Shown here: positions 8,629-17,585 of the stretch, piece by piece
How the letters are laid out: each line of letters starts with the position of its first letter
Numbering within the stretch: the first letter of the stretch is position 1
Assembly: GCA_044449925.1 (NCBI GenBank)
Contig: JBIOIO010000004.1
Location: 2,560-66,559 of the forward strand
Length of the DNA stretch: 64,000 nt
DNA from: Candidatus Saccharimonadales bacterium
GTDB taxonomy: Bacteria > Patescibacteriota > Saccharimonadia > Saccharimonadales > UBA4665
Direction: 5' to 3'
Translations under genes and position numbers: made by a program
The notes under the pieces: model-generated
The model's database searches: none
Told to the model about the DNA's origin: nothing
What the model saw: the letters and a program-made list of their open reading frames with translations, nothing else

Positions 8629-9867
8629 ATGGAAAGTTTATTAATTCTCGGTAGGCAGCCAAAACTTGGTATTGCAGAGCTTGAGAGTCTCTATGGATCA
8701 GAATCCGTCCACCCTGTCTCCGACTTAGCCGTGGTGGTGTCAGTTGACCCATGTCTTTTAGCATTTGACCGTCTGGGTGGAAGTACAAAGTTCGCAAAAG
8801 TCTTAATGGAAATGCAAACAGCTAGATGGGATGAAATTGAATCATACTTAGTAAAAGTAAGCCCGGAACATAGCAAATCAATGCCACCGGGAAAAATGAA
8901 GCTTGGCCTAAGCCTTTATGGATTTAACGAAACTAATCAGCGAATTGAAGCAACTGGACTCAAGCTTAAGAAGGCCATTCAAAAAACTGGTAGATCGCTA
9001 CGATACGTACCCAACAAGACCGCCGAGCTAAATAGTGCTCAAGTAAAACACAACCATTTAACGGAAGAAAATGGATGGGAACTTTTATTTATTAAAAACG
9101 GCAATAAGACACTCATAGCCCAAACTGTTAAGGTTCAAGATATTGATTCTTATACGCTCCGTGATCGTAAAAGACCCCATAGGGATACCAGGGTTGGAAT
9201 GCTCCCTCCCAAGCTAGCACAGATCATAATCAATCTCTCTGTAGGATCTATTCCGGAAACCGAGCTGAAGTCGATATGCGATATACCCGCCGGAGAAGAA
9301 ATTCCTTTGCCGATTCTTAATAAGACTATCCTTGATCCATTCTGCGGGACGGGAGTTATTCTCCAAGAAGGCATGCTAATGGGCTACAACGTCTACGGCA
9401 CGGATAGAGAGCCTAAAATGATCGACTATAGCAAAAAGAATTGTGAATGGCTTAGGGGGCAATTCAAAGTGTCTGAGACCGAACCGCTGTTTGATACAGC
9501 AGATGCAACTTCATACAAATGGACTAACAAATTTGATTACGTAGCCAGCGAAGTATATTTGGGAAAAGCATTTAACTCTCAACCTAGCCAAGGCGAATTG
9601 CGAGAAACAATGGCCGACTGCCAGTTAATTACCAGTAAGTTTCTTAAAAACTTACACGGTCAGATAGAGTCCGGGACTCGCCTGTGCCTAGCAGTGCCCG
9701 CCTGGCAGGTCAAACAAAACCAGTTTCAACACCTACCACTTATTGACCAATTAGATGAATTAGGCTATACTCGAGTAAGTTTTGAGCACGCTGGGAATGA
9801 AGAATTGATCTACTATCGAAGTGATCAAATCGTAGCCAGACAGCTCTTAGTACTAATAAGGAAGTAA
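8629..9867 (+). CDS. putative RNA (guanine-N2) methyltransferase, UPF0020/Trm11-like
   Basis: MLPPKLAQIIINL followed by motif I ILDPFCGTGVILQEGMLMG..YGTD, as in Trm11/Trm14/RlmL-type enzymes. The motif IV position reads SEVY instead of DPPY. The track start at 8623 is TTG; the ATG at 8629 is more likely. Confidence 0.6.
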   Translation: MESLLILGRQPKLGIAELESLYGSESVHPVSDLAVVVSVDPCLLAFDRLGGSTKFAKVLMEMQTARWDEIESYLVKVSPEHSKSMPPGKMKLGLSLYGFNETNQRIEATGLKLKKAIQKTGRSLRYVPNKTAELNSAQVKHNHLTEENGWELLFIKNGNKTLIAQTVKVQDIDSYTLRDRKRPHRDTRVGMLPPKLAQIIINLSVGSIPETELKSICDIPAGEEIPLPILNKTILDPFCGTGVILQEGMLMGYNVYGTDREPKMIDYSKKNCEWLRGQFKVSETEPLFDTADATSYKWTNKFDYVASEVYLGKAFNSQPSQGELRETMADCQLITSKFLKNLHGQIESGTRLCLAVPAWQVKQNQFQHLPLIDQLDELGYTRVSFEHAGNEELIYYRSDQIVARQLLVLIRK

Positions 9868-9871
9868 GCAT

Positions 9872-10144
9872 ATGTCACATGTAAAAGCCGGCGGTACCGC
9901 CAAAAATGTCCATGATTCTCCCGGTCAACGACTAGGTGTTAAGCTTTTTGGTGGCGAAAAAGTGAAGACCGGACAAGTTATAGTCCGACAAGTAGGAATG
10001 ACCAAGCGACCAGGTGCTGGTACAAAAATGAGCCGAAACTTTACAATTCATGCCGCTAAAGACGGAGTGGTTACTTACTCTAAGCGAAAAGTGCGACTTT
10101 TTACAGGTCGATCTGTCAGTAGAACTGAAGTTAGCGTACGCTAA
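9872..10144 (+). CDS. rpmA: 50S ribosomal protein L27
   Basis: MSHVKAGGTAKNVHDSPGQRLGVKLFGGEKVKTGQVIVRQVG matches the L27 N-terminal signature. No Prp-cleaved extension. Confidence 0.95.
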   Translation: MSHVKAGGTAKNVHDSPGQRLGVKLFGGEKVKTGQVIVRQVGMTKRPGAGTKMSRNFTIHAAKDGVVTYSKRKVRLFTGRSVSRTEVSVR

Positions 10145-10551
10145 TTATTATCTTGTAGTTGCTGTCTTATTCTATCTATTACGTCAGCTATAACGACTTG
10201 GGATTTTACTAAGTAATCGTTTACGCCGAGCTGTTTAGCTCTCTCAATATCGCTTTCTTGACCTAGCGCAGTCAACATCATAACCTTTACCTCGCTTGTT
10301 TCAGGGGTATTTCGAAGTATATCAAGAACATCAAAGCCACTAACACGCGGCATCATTACATCTAGTAATACCAGATCAGGCTTGTAATTTAGAGCTGTTG
10401 CGAGTGCTTCTTCCCCATTAGCTACCCTTCGAACATCGAAGCCTTCAGCCTGCAAACGAATAATATAAACATTTGCTAAAGCATCATCATCTTCAACGAA
10501 AAGGATTCTCTTACGGGACTCTGTCGCTTCTGGTGTTGATGTTGGTTCCAT
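10141..10551 (-). CDS. stand-alone CheY-like response regulator (canonical phospho-Asp)
   Basis: 136 aa. ILFVEDDD, DLVLLDVMMP, MLTA and YLVKS carry all canonical receiver residues. There is no output domain and no kinase nearby. Confidence 0.85.
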   Translation of the reverse strand: MEPTSTPEATESRKRILFVEDDDALANVYIIRLQAEGFDVRRVANGEEALATALNYKPDLVLLDVMMPRVSGFDVLDILRNTPETSEVKVMMLTALGQESDIERAKQLGVNDYLVKSQVVIADVIDRIRQQLQDNN

Positions 10552-10591
10552 AGTGATAATGGTAACGTATTAACTCACTTAGTTCAATGCT

Positions 10592-12193
10592 TTAGAGCAT
10601 AGACTTTATAAAGCCGTCAAAGAGTGGATGTGCCCTGTTAGGCCTACTTTTAAATTCAGGATGGAATTGGCTTGCGATTAGAAATGGATGATTAATTCCC
10701 TCAATGACCTCAATAAGGTTGCGATCGGGATTTAATCCTGTTGCCTTAATGCCCCAATCTGCATAATTTTCCTTGTAAAAATTATTGCACTCACCTCTGT
10801 GACGATGACGTTCAACTATTTTCGTTGTTCCGTATAACTTTTCAGCTAGGCTTCCCTTTTCAAGGGTACAATCATAATTTCCTAGACGCATGGTACCGCC
10901 TGTCATGTGTTTATCTATTTGGTCTTCCATAGTGGTAATGACTACGTTGTCACTTTCCTGATCAAGCTCAAAGGTAGTTGCATCTTTAACACCCGCATTT
11001 CGAGCGGCGGCGATAACCGCAACCTGTAATCCTAGGCATAGTCCTAAATATGGTAGCTTTGCATCTAGTGCGTATTGAGCAGCTTTAATTTTTCCTTCTA
11101 AGCTCCGTATTCCGAATCCACCAGGAACAACAATACCATCATATTCTTTAAGACTTTCACCTATATCTTCATTTGAATCGTCATATTTAGAGGCATCAAT
11201 CCAGGTAATATCTACACTACACCTATTGTTCCACGCTGCTGCTTTTAAGGCTTCGAAGACTGACATATATGTATCGGTGTTGTCCATATACTTGGCGACA
11301 AGACCGACCTTTACCGTCTTATCATAATGGGCAACTGCCCTATCGACTACTGAGCGCCATTCCTTTAGTTTCGGCTTAGATACTTTCAAATTAAGATGCT
11401 TGGTAATAACGTCTGCTATTCCGCTGTCTTCAAGTGTTAATGGAACTTCATATATACTTCGCGCGTTTGGTAAAAGCGCAATTGCTTCTTCGCTCACTCC
11501 ACTAAAGAGGCTTAGCTTTTCCTTAACGCCTTTGCCTGCGGGTAGTTCGCTTCTTCCAACTAATATGTCGGGAGCTATCCCTAGTCCTCGGAGCTCACGT
11601 ACGGAGTTTTGAGCTGGTTTTGTCTTAGTCTCATTGCTTGCTCCTAAGTATGGCAGGTAGACAACATGAACATATACGCAATTATTCAATCCAACCTTTA
11701 CGCCCTTTTCCCTTATTGCCTCTATGAATGCTAGGGACTCATAATCTCCAACGGTTCCGCCAATTTCGACAATATGTACATCAAACCCTTCGCCTGCATT
11801 CTTTATCCAGTCCTGAATTGCCCCCGTTAAGTGTGGGATAATTTGAACATCATCACCATCAAATTTGCCAGCTCTTTCGTCTTGTATCAATTTTAGAAGA
11901 ACCCTGCCACTCATCAAACTACTGGCACTCGTCATTTCTTCATCTACAAATCTCTCGTAGTGACCGAGGTCCAAGTCTGTTTCCGCACCATCCTTGGTAA
12001 CAAAGCACTCTCCGTGCTCTCTTGGATTTAAAAGACCCGCATCTACGTTAAGATACGGATCGCATTTTTGAAGATTAACTTTTAGCCCGCGAGCTTTTAA
12101 TAGTTTTCCAATTGAAGCGGCTGTTATACCCTTTCCTAACCCGGAAAGCACTCCACCCGTAACAAACACATACTTAGTAGCCTTGGAAGCCAC
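10592..12193 (-). CDS. pyrG: CTP synthase
   Basis: 533 aa. KYVFVTGGVLSGLGKGI N-terminus and a GATase domain with GLCLGLQ. Confidence 0.97.
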   Translation of the reverse strand: MASKATKYVFVTGGVLSGLGKGITAASIGKLLKARGLKVNLQKCDPYLNVDAGLLNPREHGECFVTKDGAETDLDLGHYERFVDEEMTSASSLMSGRVLLKLIQDERAGKFDGDDVQIIPHLTGAIQDWIKNAGEGFDVHIVEIGGTVGDYESLAFIEAIREKGVKVGLNNCVYVHVVYLPYLGASNETKTKPAQNSVRELRGLGIAPDILVGRSELPAGKGVKEKLSLFSGVSEEAIALLPNARSIYEVPLTLEDSGIADVITKHLNLKVSKPKLKEWRSVVDRAVAHYDKTVKVGLVAKYMDNTDTYMSVFEALKAAAWNNRCSVDITWIDASKYDDSNEDIGESLKEYDGIVVPGGFGIRSLEGKIKAAQYALDAKLPYLGLCLGLQVAVIAAARNAGVKDATTFELDQESDNVVITTMEDQIDKHMTGGTMRLGNYDCTLEKGSLAEKLYGTTKIVERHRHRGECNNFYKENYADWGIKATGLNPDRNLIEVIEGINHPFLIASQFHPEFKSRPNRAHPLFDGFIKSML

Positions 12194-12295
12194 AGTCTTT
12201 ACACCTCACTTAATCTGTATATGCTACTCTAAAAATCCATACTAAGCAAGTGGACCCCTAGCGAGCCTTAACTGCTGTGGGTCCAGAACTAACTA

Positions 12296-12592
12296 TTATA
12301 CTTGCTCAGCCTGTGCTTGTTGTGCTGCTTCTATAGCCTTTGTAGTAACATATACACCTATCATGTCGGGTGTATCAGCTACCTTTTCAGCCTGAGGATC
12401 AAAGGCATCTCCAGTTACTACAGCTTCTTCTCCATAGTGCTGACGTAGACCTTGTAAGATTTCTTCGCGAGGTCGCAAGGCACCTGAAGCCGGTGCGGGC
12501 ATAACGCCAGGGTTCAGTAAATTAGACACAAATGTTATTTCGCCTGTGTCAAGGCGTTCTTGTATTGTTGGTTGTTTGTTTATATCGTTCAT
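12296..12592 (-). CDS. hypothetical small acidic protein
   Basis: 98-aa ORF with a good upstream promoter and no SD (possibly leaderless). No recognised domain. Confidence 0.5.
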   Translation of the reverse strand: MNDINKQPTIQERLDTGEITFVSNLLNPGVMPAPASGALRPREEILQGLRQHYGEEAVVTGDAFDPQAEKVADTPDMIGVYVTTKAIEAAQQAQAEQV

Positions 12593-12598
12593 AATTAC

Positions 12599-12627
12599 AT
12601 ATTAACATAAGCTTGATAAAAAGTCAA
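12599..12627 (-). promoter_or_regulatory. sigma70-like promoter, probably producing a leaderless mRNA for 12296..12592
   Basis: The minus strand reads TTGACT (12627-12622), a 17-nt spacer, TAATAT (12604-12599), then only 6 nt (GTAATT) before the ATG at 12592. Confidence 0.4.
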
Positions 12628-12693
12628 TATACTGGCTACTCACAACTAGTCAGATTTGGAGCCTTTCACTTACTAAGCATCTTGAGTCGGATT

Positions 12694-13164
12694 TTAAAGG
12701 TCTGGATACTTGTCAAAAATTCCTGTGATCTCAGCAATGGTTGCGTTAGGGTTTTGTTGTTTGTAGACCTCTAAAAAAATTAGGGCTAAGAATGTGTCAA
12801 AACCCTTTTTATTTACAATCTTTAGTCCTTCACCCACTGCACTCCATACACCGACCGACTCTACACAGCCATGCAGTGCAAACCCGCTGATAGGTCCTGC
12901 CAAAACCTCGGTTATACCTCGCTGCTCCGGAGAACCAATCGGTCTAAGATTGTCATGGATTTGGAATTTTTGTCCGTGCTTATAACCAAAGCTTATCGTA
13001 TCTTCTTGCACTGCAACTGGAAAAGGAGCCATTGATATTCCGTCACGGACAACGACGTTTAGCTGAATAGAGTCATCCTCCCAAGGAACCAATAATGAAT
13101 GATCCCCTAGCGTTAACTCATTAAGTCCAGGCTTATACAATTCAAATCCAGAAGATGCTATCAC
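12694..13164 (-). CDS. hypothetical protein
   Basis: 156-aa ORF, soluble, no recognised motif. The antisense ORF 12794..12985 looks like a shadow. Confidence 0.55.
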   Translation of the reverse strand: MIASSGFELYKPGLNELTLGDHSLLVPWEDDSIQLNVVVRDGISMAPFPVAVQEDTISFGYKHGQKFQIHDNLRPIGSPEQRGITEVLAGPISGFALHGCVESVGVWSAVGEGLKIVNKKGFDTFLALIFLEVYKQQNPNATIAEITGIFDKYPDL

Positions 13165-13240
13165 TTCTCAAATTAAACATATACATAAATTAATGGCAAC
13201 GATAAGCATCTTGAAGGACTGTGAAGTAGGAGGTCTGGAA

Positions 13241-14494
13241 CTATTTATTTAGGTATGCTTCTGCTGCCACAAGCTGTGAATCGGTTGGTGCTTGTAAATT
13301 CGTACCCGAATCATCAACTTTTTTATCAGGAGTTATACCACGGTGATTGATATTTTGTCCGTTTGGTCGATACCAAGATGCAACCGTTACTTTAAGCTGG
13401 GATCCGTCACCAAATGGAATTAACTGTTGTACTACGCCCTTTCCAAAACTCTTGGTACCAATTACATAAGCAGCGTTATTGTCGTGCAAGGCCCCAGTGG
13501 TAATCTCTGATGCACTGGCACTACCTCCGTTTACAAGAATGACAGTTGGTATACCGTGTAGTATGTCGTTTCCTGAGGCGAAGTAACTCTGTACCACTTC
13601 AGATCCATGCTTTTCCACGAGTATTGTCTGGTTCTGTGGCAACCAAAGACTTGATACGTCTACTGCAGCATTTAACAATCCTCCAGGATCATCACGCAGG
13701 TCCAAGATAATGCCCTTTACATGAGATGACGCAAACTGCTGAGCAGCTTTCTGGGCTAAGTTGCTAGTATCGTCCGCAAACGTGCTTATATTGATATAGC
13801 CTATATTATTTGCGAGAGTTTTTGTGGTTACGCTAGGAGCAGTAATATTCTGACGTGTAATGGTAAGAGTAATAACCTTACTCTTATTACGAACTACCTG
13901 CAACGTCACCTTTGTTCCAGCCTTGCCGCGTATTTTATTAACAGCCTGCTCAGTTGTAAAACCTGACGTGCTGGTGCCATCAATTCCGGCAATTATATCT
14001 TGAGCCTGTAGTCCGGCTGCTGCTGCCGGTGAGCCAGCTATAGGGGCAATTATTTGAATGTCGCCATTGCTGTCCTGTGTAAGCTCTGCACCTATTCCAC
14101 TAAAGGAATTATTTAATTCATTATTAAAATTCTTGGATTCAGTTGGGGTAAAGTATGTCGTGTAGGGGTCTCCGGGAGCGTTAGCTAGACCATGCTTTAA
14201 GCCATCAAGAATCTGAGTCTCCGTTAGTTTACCGTCATAATTAGCTTTTAGAGACTGATAAACAAGATTAACACTAGAGTAATCCAGGTTGTCCGGCAAG
14301 CCATTTGATAGTGTTTTATAACGAGAAGCGTCCCACGGCGCTTGTACACCAAGTCGACCATCACCGATAAATATACCTAGGATAAATACGCCGAATACAA
14401 GTGCGGTAACAATGGCGGTCCTAATATAATCGCGGGTATGCGATTTCTTTTTCACATGCGTATGCACTACCCCATGTTTTGATTTCAAACCCAT
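13241..14494 (-). CDS. ctp: S41 family carboxy-terminal processing peptidase
   Basis: N-terminal TM, PDZ (GIGAEL...IAGSPAAAAGLQAQDIIAGIDG), catalytic region ILDLRDDPGGLL and VILVNGGSASASEI. Confidence 0.9.
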   Translation of the reverse strand: MGLKSKHGVVHTHVKKKSHTRDYIRTAIVTALVFGVFILGIFIGDGRLGVQAPWDASRYKTLSNGLPDNLDYSSVNLVYQSLKANYDGKLTETQILDGLKHGLANAPGDPYTTYFTPTESKNFNNELNNSFSGIGAELTQDSNGDIQIIAPIAGSPAAAAGLQAQDIIAGIDGTSTSGFTTEQAVNKIRGKAGTKVTLQVVRNKSKVITLTITRQNITAPSVTTKTLANNIGYINISTFADDTSNLAQKAAQQFASSHVKGIILDLRDDPGGLLNAAVDVSSLWLPQNQTILVEKHGSEVVQSYFASGNDILHGIPTVILVNGGSASASEITTGALHDNNAAYVIGTKSFGKGVVQQLIPFGDGSQLKVTVASWYRPNGQNINHRGITPDKKVDDSGTNLQAPTDSQLVAAEAYLNK

Positions 14495-14555
14495 TGGGAC
14501 AATTATAGCAGTTCCATTCTGAGAATCGACTGATTATTTATTTCTAATTTGTTGC

Positions 14556-15812
14556 CTAGTAAATATAGCCAGCAAACTTAGAGAGCGGACTGTATGAATA
14601 TCTGAAGTGACCATTGAAGTCATAATTCATTTCACTCACAAGCAGATATCCGGCTGGAACCGTTCCGCTACCAACTGAATCCCCTGGCAGTCCTTGTACA
14701 ATTGCAACATGACCGAAGGCACCGGCTGTTTCTACTGCTACTGCGCCAACAATCGGAGAACCGTGCGTTGCATAGTTGGAGGTCCTCAGCCATTGATTAG
14801 CATTACCAGTGACCGAGAAGTCACCGTGTCCTTCAACTTGAGTAAAGTACCAATAGGCATATGATGTGCATTCTCTGTTTGGGAAACCGCCGGAGTCAGT
14901 AGTTGAATCTTGAACAGTATTGCATAGGCCAGCTGGATAACCACCGGAACCATTGCCGTTATTACATGTTGCACTCGTGTATGTACCTCCTCCAACAGAA
15001 CGTGTACCTGCTTGTATAATTGCAGCTTGTTGCGCCTGCAAGGCACTTATTTTTGCCCTGTTTTGGCTGACTTGTGCGTTATATGCATCTTGTTGTCCCT
15101 GATTTAAAGATAAAAGCTGGCTTTGCTGTGATTGAGCTGACGCAAGTTGATCCTGCTGCGTTTTCAGTGATGCTAGAAGTTGATCTACTTGAGCTTTTTG
15201 GTTTGTGAGCAATTTTTGGAGAACATTAATCTCCGTTATGGTACTGGAAAGCTTATTTTGTACTACAGTCTGATACTCCTGCTTGTCTACATATTGGCTC
15301 AAGTTTTTACTGGTAGCAAGCTCCTCGATTGTCGTCAAATTACCCTCTATATACATTGTTTTCAAATCATCAGCTAATTGGCTCTTCTTAAGAGCAATTT
15401 CGTTTTGGTTTGCTATAATCTTTTGCTGCAAATCTGCCTGTCTAGCCTGGTTTGCATTAATAGAAGCCTGTAGGCTGTAAATTTGAGCATTAAGTGCGTC
15501 TATTGCCCCTTGATAACCTTGTGCTTGTAGCTCCAGAGCGTTAATTTGAGCCTGAGATGCTGCATTTTTACCGCTCAAATCGCTTATTTGATTTTGGCAG
15601 TCGGACACATTAGAACATGTCACTGCTTTAACTACGCGGGAAAAAGTGCCTGTCGAAAGAAGTAATGCTATTACAACTGCAGCGCAAGCTAACAGTAGTC
15701 GTCGACTCGAAAAAGATGCATTATATATTTTATTACTTTTTAGTTTTGGCATAATTCTTTTTAGTTTTTGTATGCTCTCTGAAATTATACCATGATGCAT
15801 CAAGCGGGTCAC
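14556..15812 (-). CDS. coiled-coil plus C-terminal CHAP-domain peptidoglycan hydrolase (PcsB-like architecture)
   Basis: 418 aa. Signal/TM region, a long Gln/Ala/Leu-rich coiled coil, then a CHAP domain with catalytic Cys (NRECTSYAYWY) and His (GHVAIV). Sits directly downstream of ftsEX. Confidence 0.8.
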   Translation of the reverse strand: MTRLMHHGIISESIQKLKRIMPKLKSNKIYNASFSSRRLLLACAAVVIALLLSTGTFSRVVKAVTCSNVSDCQNQISDLSGKNAASQAQINALELQAQGYQGAIDALNAQIYSLQASINANQARQADLQQKIIANQNEIALKKSQLADDLKTMYIEGNLTTIEELATSKNLSQYVDKQEYQTVVQNKLSSTITEINVLQKLLTNQKAQVDQLLASLKTQQDQLASAQSQQSQLLSLNQGQQDAYNAQVSQNRAKISALQAQQAAIIQAGTRSVGGGTYTSATCNNGNGSGGYPAGLCNTVQDSTTDSGGFPNRECTSYAYWYFTQVEGHGDFSVTGNANQWLRTSNYATHGSPIVGAVAVETAGAFGHVAIVQGLPGDSVGSGTVPAGYLLVSEMNYDFNGHFRYSYSPLSKFAGYIY

Positions 15813-15894
15813 TCCTTTCCTAAATTAGTTTTTAAGAGACAAAAATACCACTGGTTTTGTCCAGCCGGCATGTCTCCCAAATATATTTAGCGTT

Positions 15895-16836
15895 TTATTT
15901 CGTTTTAAACTTTAAGTAGCGTCTGGTCGCAATATATGAAGAAGCTACTCCAACCAGTATACCAAGCATAAGCATTCCGGACAAAAGTAATAGAAAATGA
16001 TCGTCAAACCATGTATTTGCATAATTTATATCTAGAAGTCCCAGAGAACTGGCCTCCAAGGCATTGCTTGCAGCTTGAAATGCTGCGTAGATTATAAATA
16101 TAGATATAAATCCAGAAAGAAAACCAAGCACAGCACTTTCCACTATAAATGGTCCTCTAATATATGTTGTGCTGGCGCCGAGCAAACGCATGTTTGTTAT
16201 TTCATCTCTGCGATTAAAAATTGCCATTTGAATGGTATTAAAAATTATTAAGAAGCAAATAATAGTGAATACAACTATGGCAATCGCACCGATCTCGCGT
16301 AAAACATTAGTTGCGTGAGTAATATTATTAATTGCAACTTCACGGTCGCCGCTATAACTTGAAGCATCCGATTGTTGTGCAGCCACTTTTGGAGTTAATA
16401 AAAACTTTTGAATAGTTGGGATCTGATTCAAATTATAGGGGTAAATATGAATCGTAGCCGGTATTGAGTTAGACGCGTAATCAACTGCCGTCGCCAGCAA
16501 TTTATTGGATTTATTTTGTTCAATATATTGCTGCAAAGCCTGGTCCTTATTTAAATAGTCTACCCTTTTCACTTCAGGTAACTTTTTAATAAGTACCACA
16601 AGATTCTTGTTTTGAGCATCGGTATTTGAGTCTTTAAGAAAAACCGAGACGTCGATCTGGTCGGTTATTTGGGCAATAGTACGAGTAAATGTAGCATTAG
16701 TAATAATAGAAAAAAGTACAATTGTAAGGGTAACGACCATAACTGCCATGGCGGCAACTGACAGCCCTAAGTTACGCATGAAATTAATGATGCCATTTTC
16801 AATAATTCGTCTAACGGTTATTAATCTTCGCTTCAT
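15895..16836 (-). CDS. ftsX: cell division permease-like protein FtsX
   Basis: 313 aa. TM1, a large extracellular loop, then 3 TM segments. 4-nt overlap with ftsE. Confidence 0.85.
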   Translation of the reverse strand: MKRRLITVRRIIENGIINFMRNLGLSVAAMAVMVVTLTIVLFSIITNATFTRTIAQITDQIDVSVFLKDSNTDAQNKNLVVLIKKLPEVKRVDYLNKDQALQQYIEQNKSNKLLATAVDYASNSIPATIHIYPYNLNQIPTIQKFLLTPKVAAQQSDASSYSGDREVAINNITHATNVLREIGAIAIVVFTIICFLIIFNTIQMAIFNRRDEITNMRLLGASTTYIRGPFIVESAVLGFLSGFISIFIIYAAFQAASNALEASSLGLLDINYANTWFDDHFLLLLSGMLMLGILVGVASSYIATRRYLKFKTK

Positions 16837-17516
16837 GCTCTATATCCGGCACTTTTTCGGTCGCTTACAATACGGCCGTTTTCAAGAGTAATAACGCGTC
16901 GTTTTAGTTTATTAACAATTTCTTGATTATGAGTAGTAAGTAGGACTGTTGTTCCAAATCGATTAATTTTTTCAAGGACTTTTATAACATCCCAAGCGTG
17001 TTTTGGATCAAGATTACCTGTAGGCTCATCCGCTATAAGAATTCTAGGCTGTCTGACAATGGCTCTGGCGATTGCAACTCTTTGCCTTTCACCGCCTGAA
17101 AGCTCTTTTGGATAATTTTTTTCCTTACCTTTTAAATTTACTATTGAAAGAACTTTCGGTACCGTATTCTTAATTTCCTTATTGCTTGCCCCTACTATCT
17201 CAAGAGCAAATGCAATATTTTCAAATACAGTCTTATTGGGTAGTAGCTTAAAGTCCTGGAACACTACGCCAATTTTTCTTCGTAACTGCGGGATATCCTT
17301 ATCCTTCAACTTGTCATAATCTATGCCGCCGACAATAATTTTACCGCTGGTAGGCTTTTCTTCGGCAGTAAGCAGCCTAAGGAGAGTTGTTTTACCGGCA
17401 CCGCTTTGGCCAATTACAATAACGAATTCCTTAGGATCAACCGAAAGGCTAATCCTATTAAGCGCCTCGCCCTCACTCCTAGAATATTTTTTAGTTACCC
17501 TGTCCAATAAGATCAT
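16833..17516 (-). CDS. ftsE: cell division ATP-binding protein FtsE
   Basis: 227 aa. Walker A GQSGAGKTT, ABC signature LSGGERQR, Walker B ILIADEPT. Confidence 0.92.
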   Translation of the reverse strand: MILLDRVTKKYSRSEGEALNRISLSVDPKEFVIVIGQSGAGKTTLLRLLTAEEKPTSGKIIVGGIDYDKLKDKDIPQLRRKIGVVFQDFKLLPNKTVFENIAFALEIVGASNKEIKNTVPKVLSIVNLKGKEKNYPKELSGGERQRVAIARAIVRQPRILIADEPTGNLDPKHAWDVIKVLEKINRFGTTVLLTTHNQEIVNKLKRRVITLENGRIVSDRKSAGYRA

Positions 17517-17585
17517 TAAGGCTTAGTATATCAGAAATAGCTTCCTACATCTGTATTTTAGAGTTTATGATAGCTATAAAAATGT

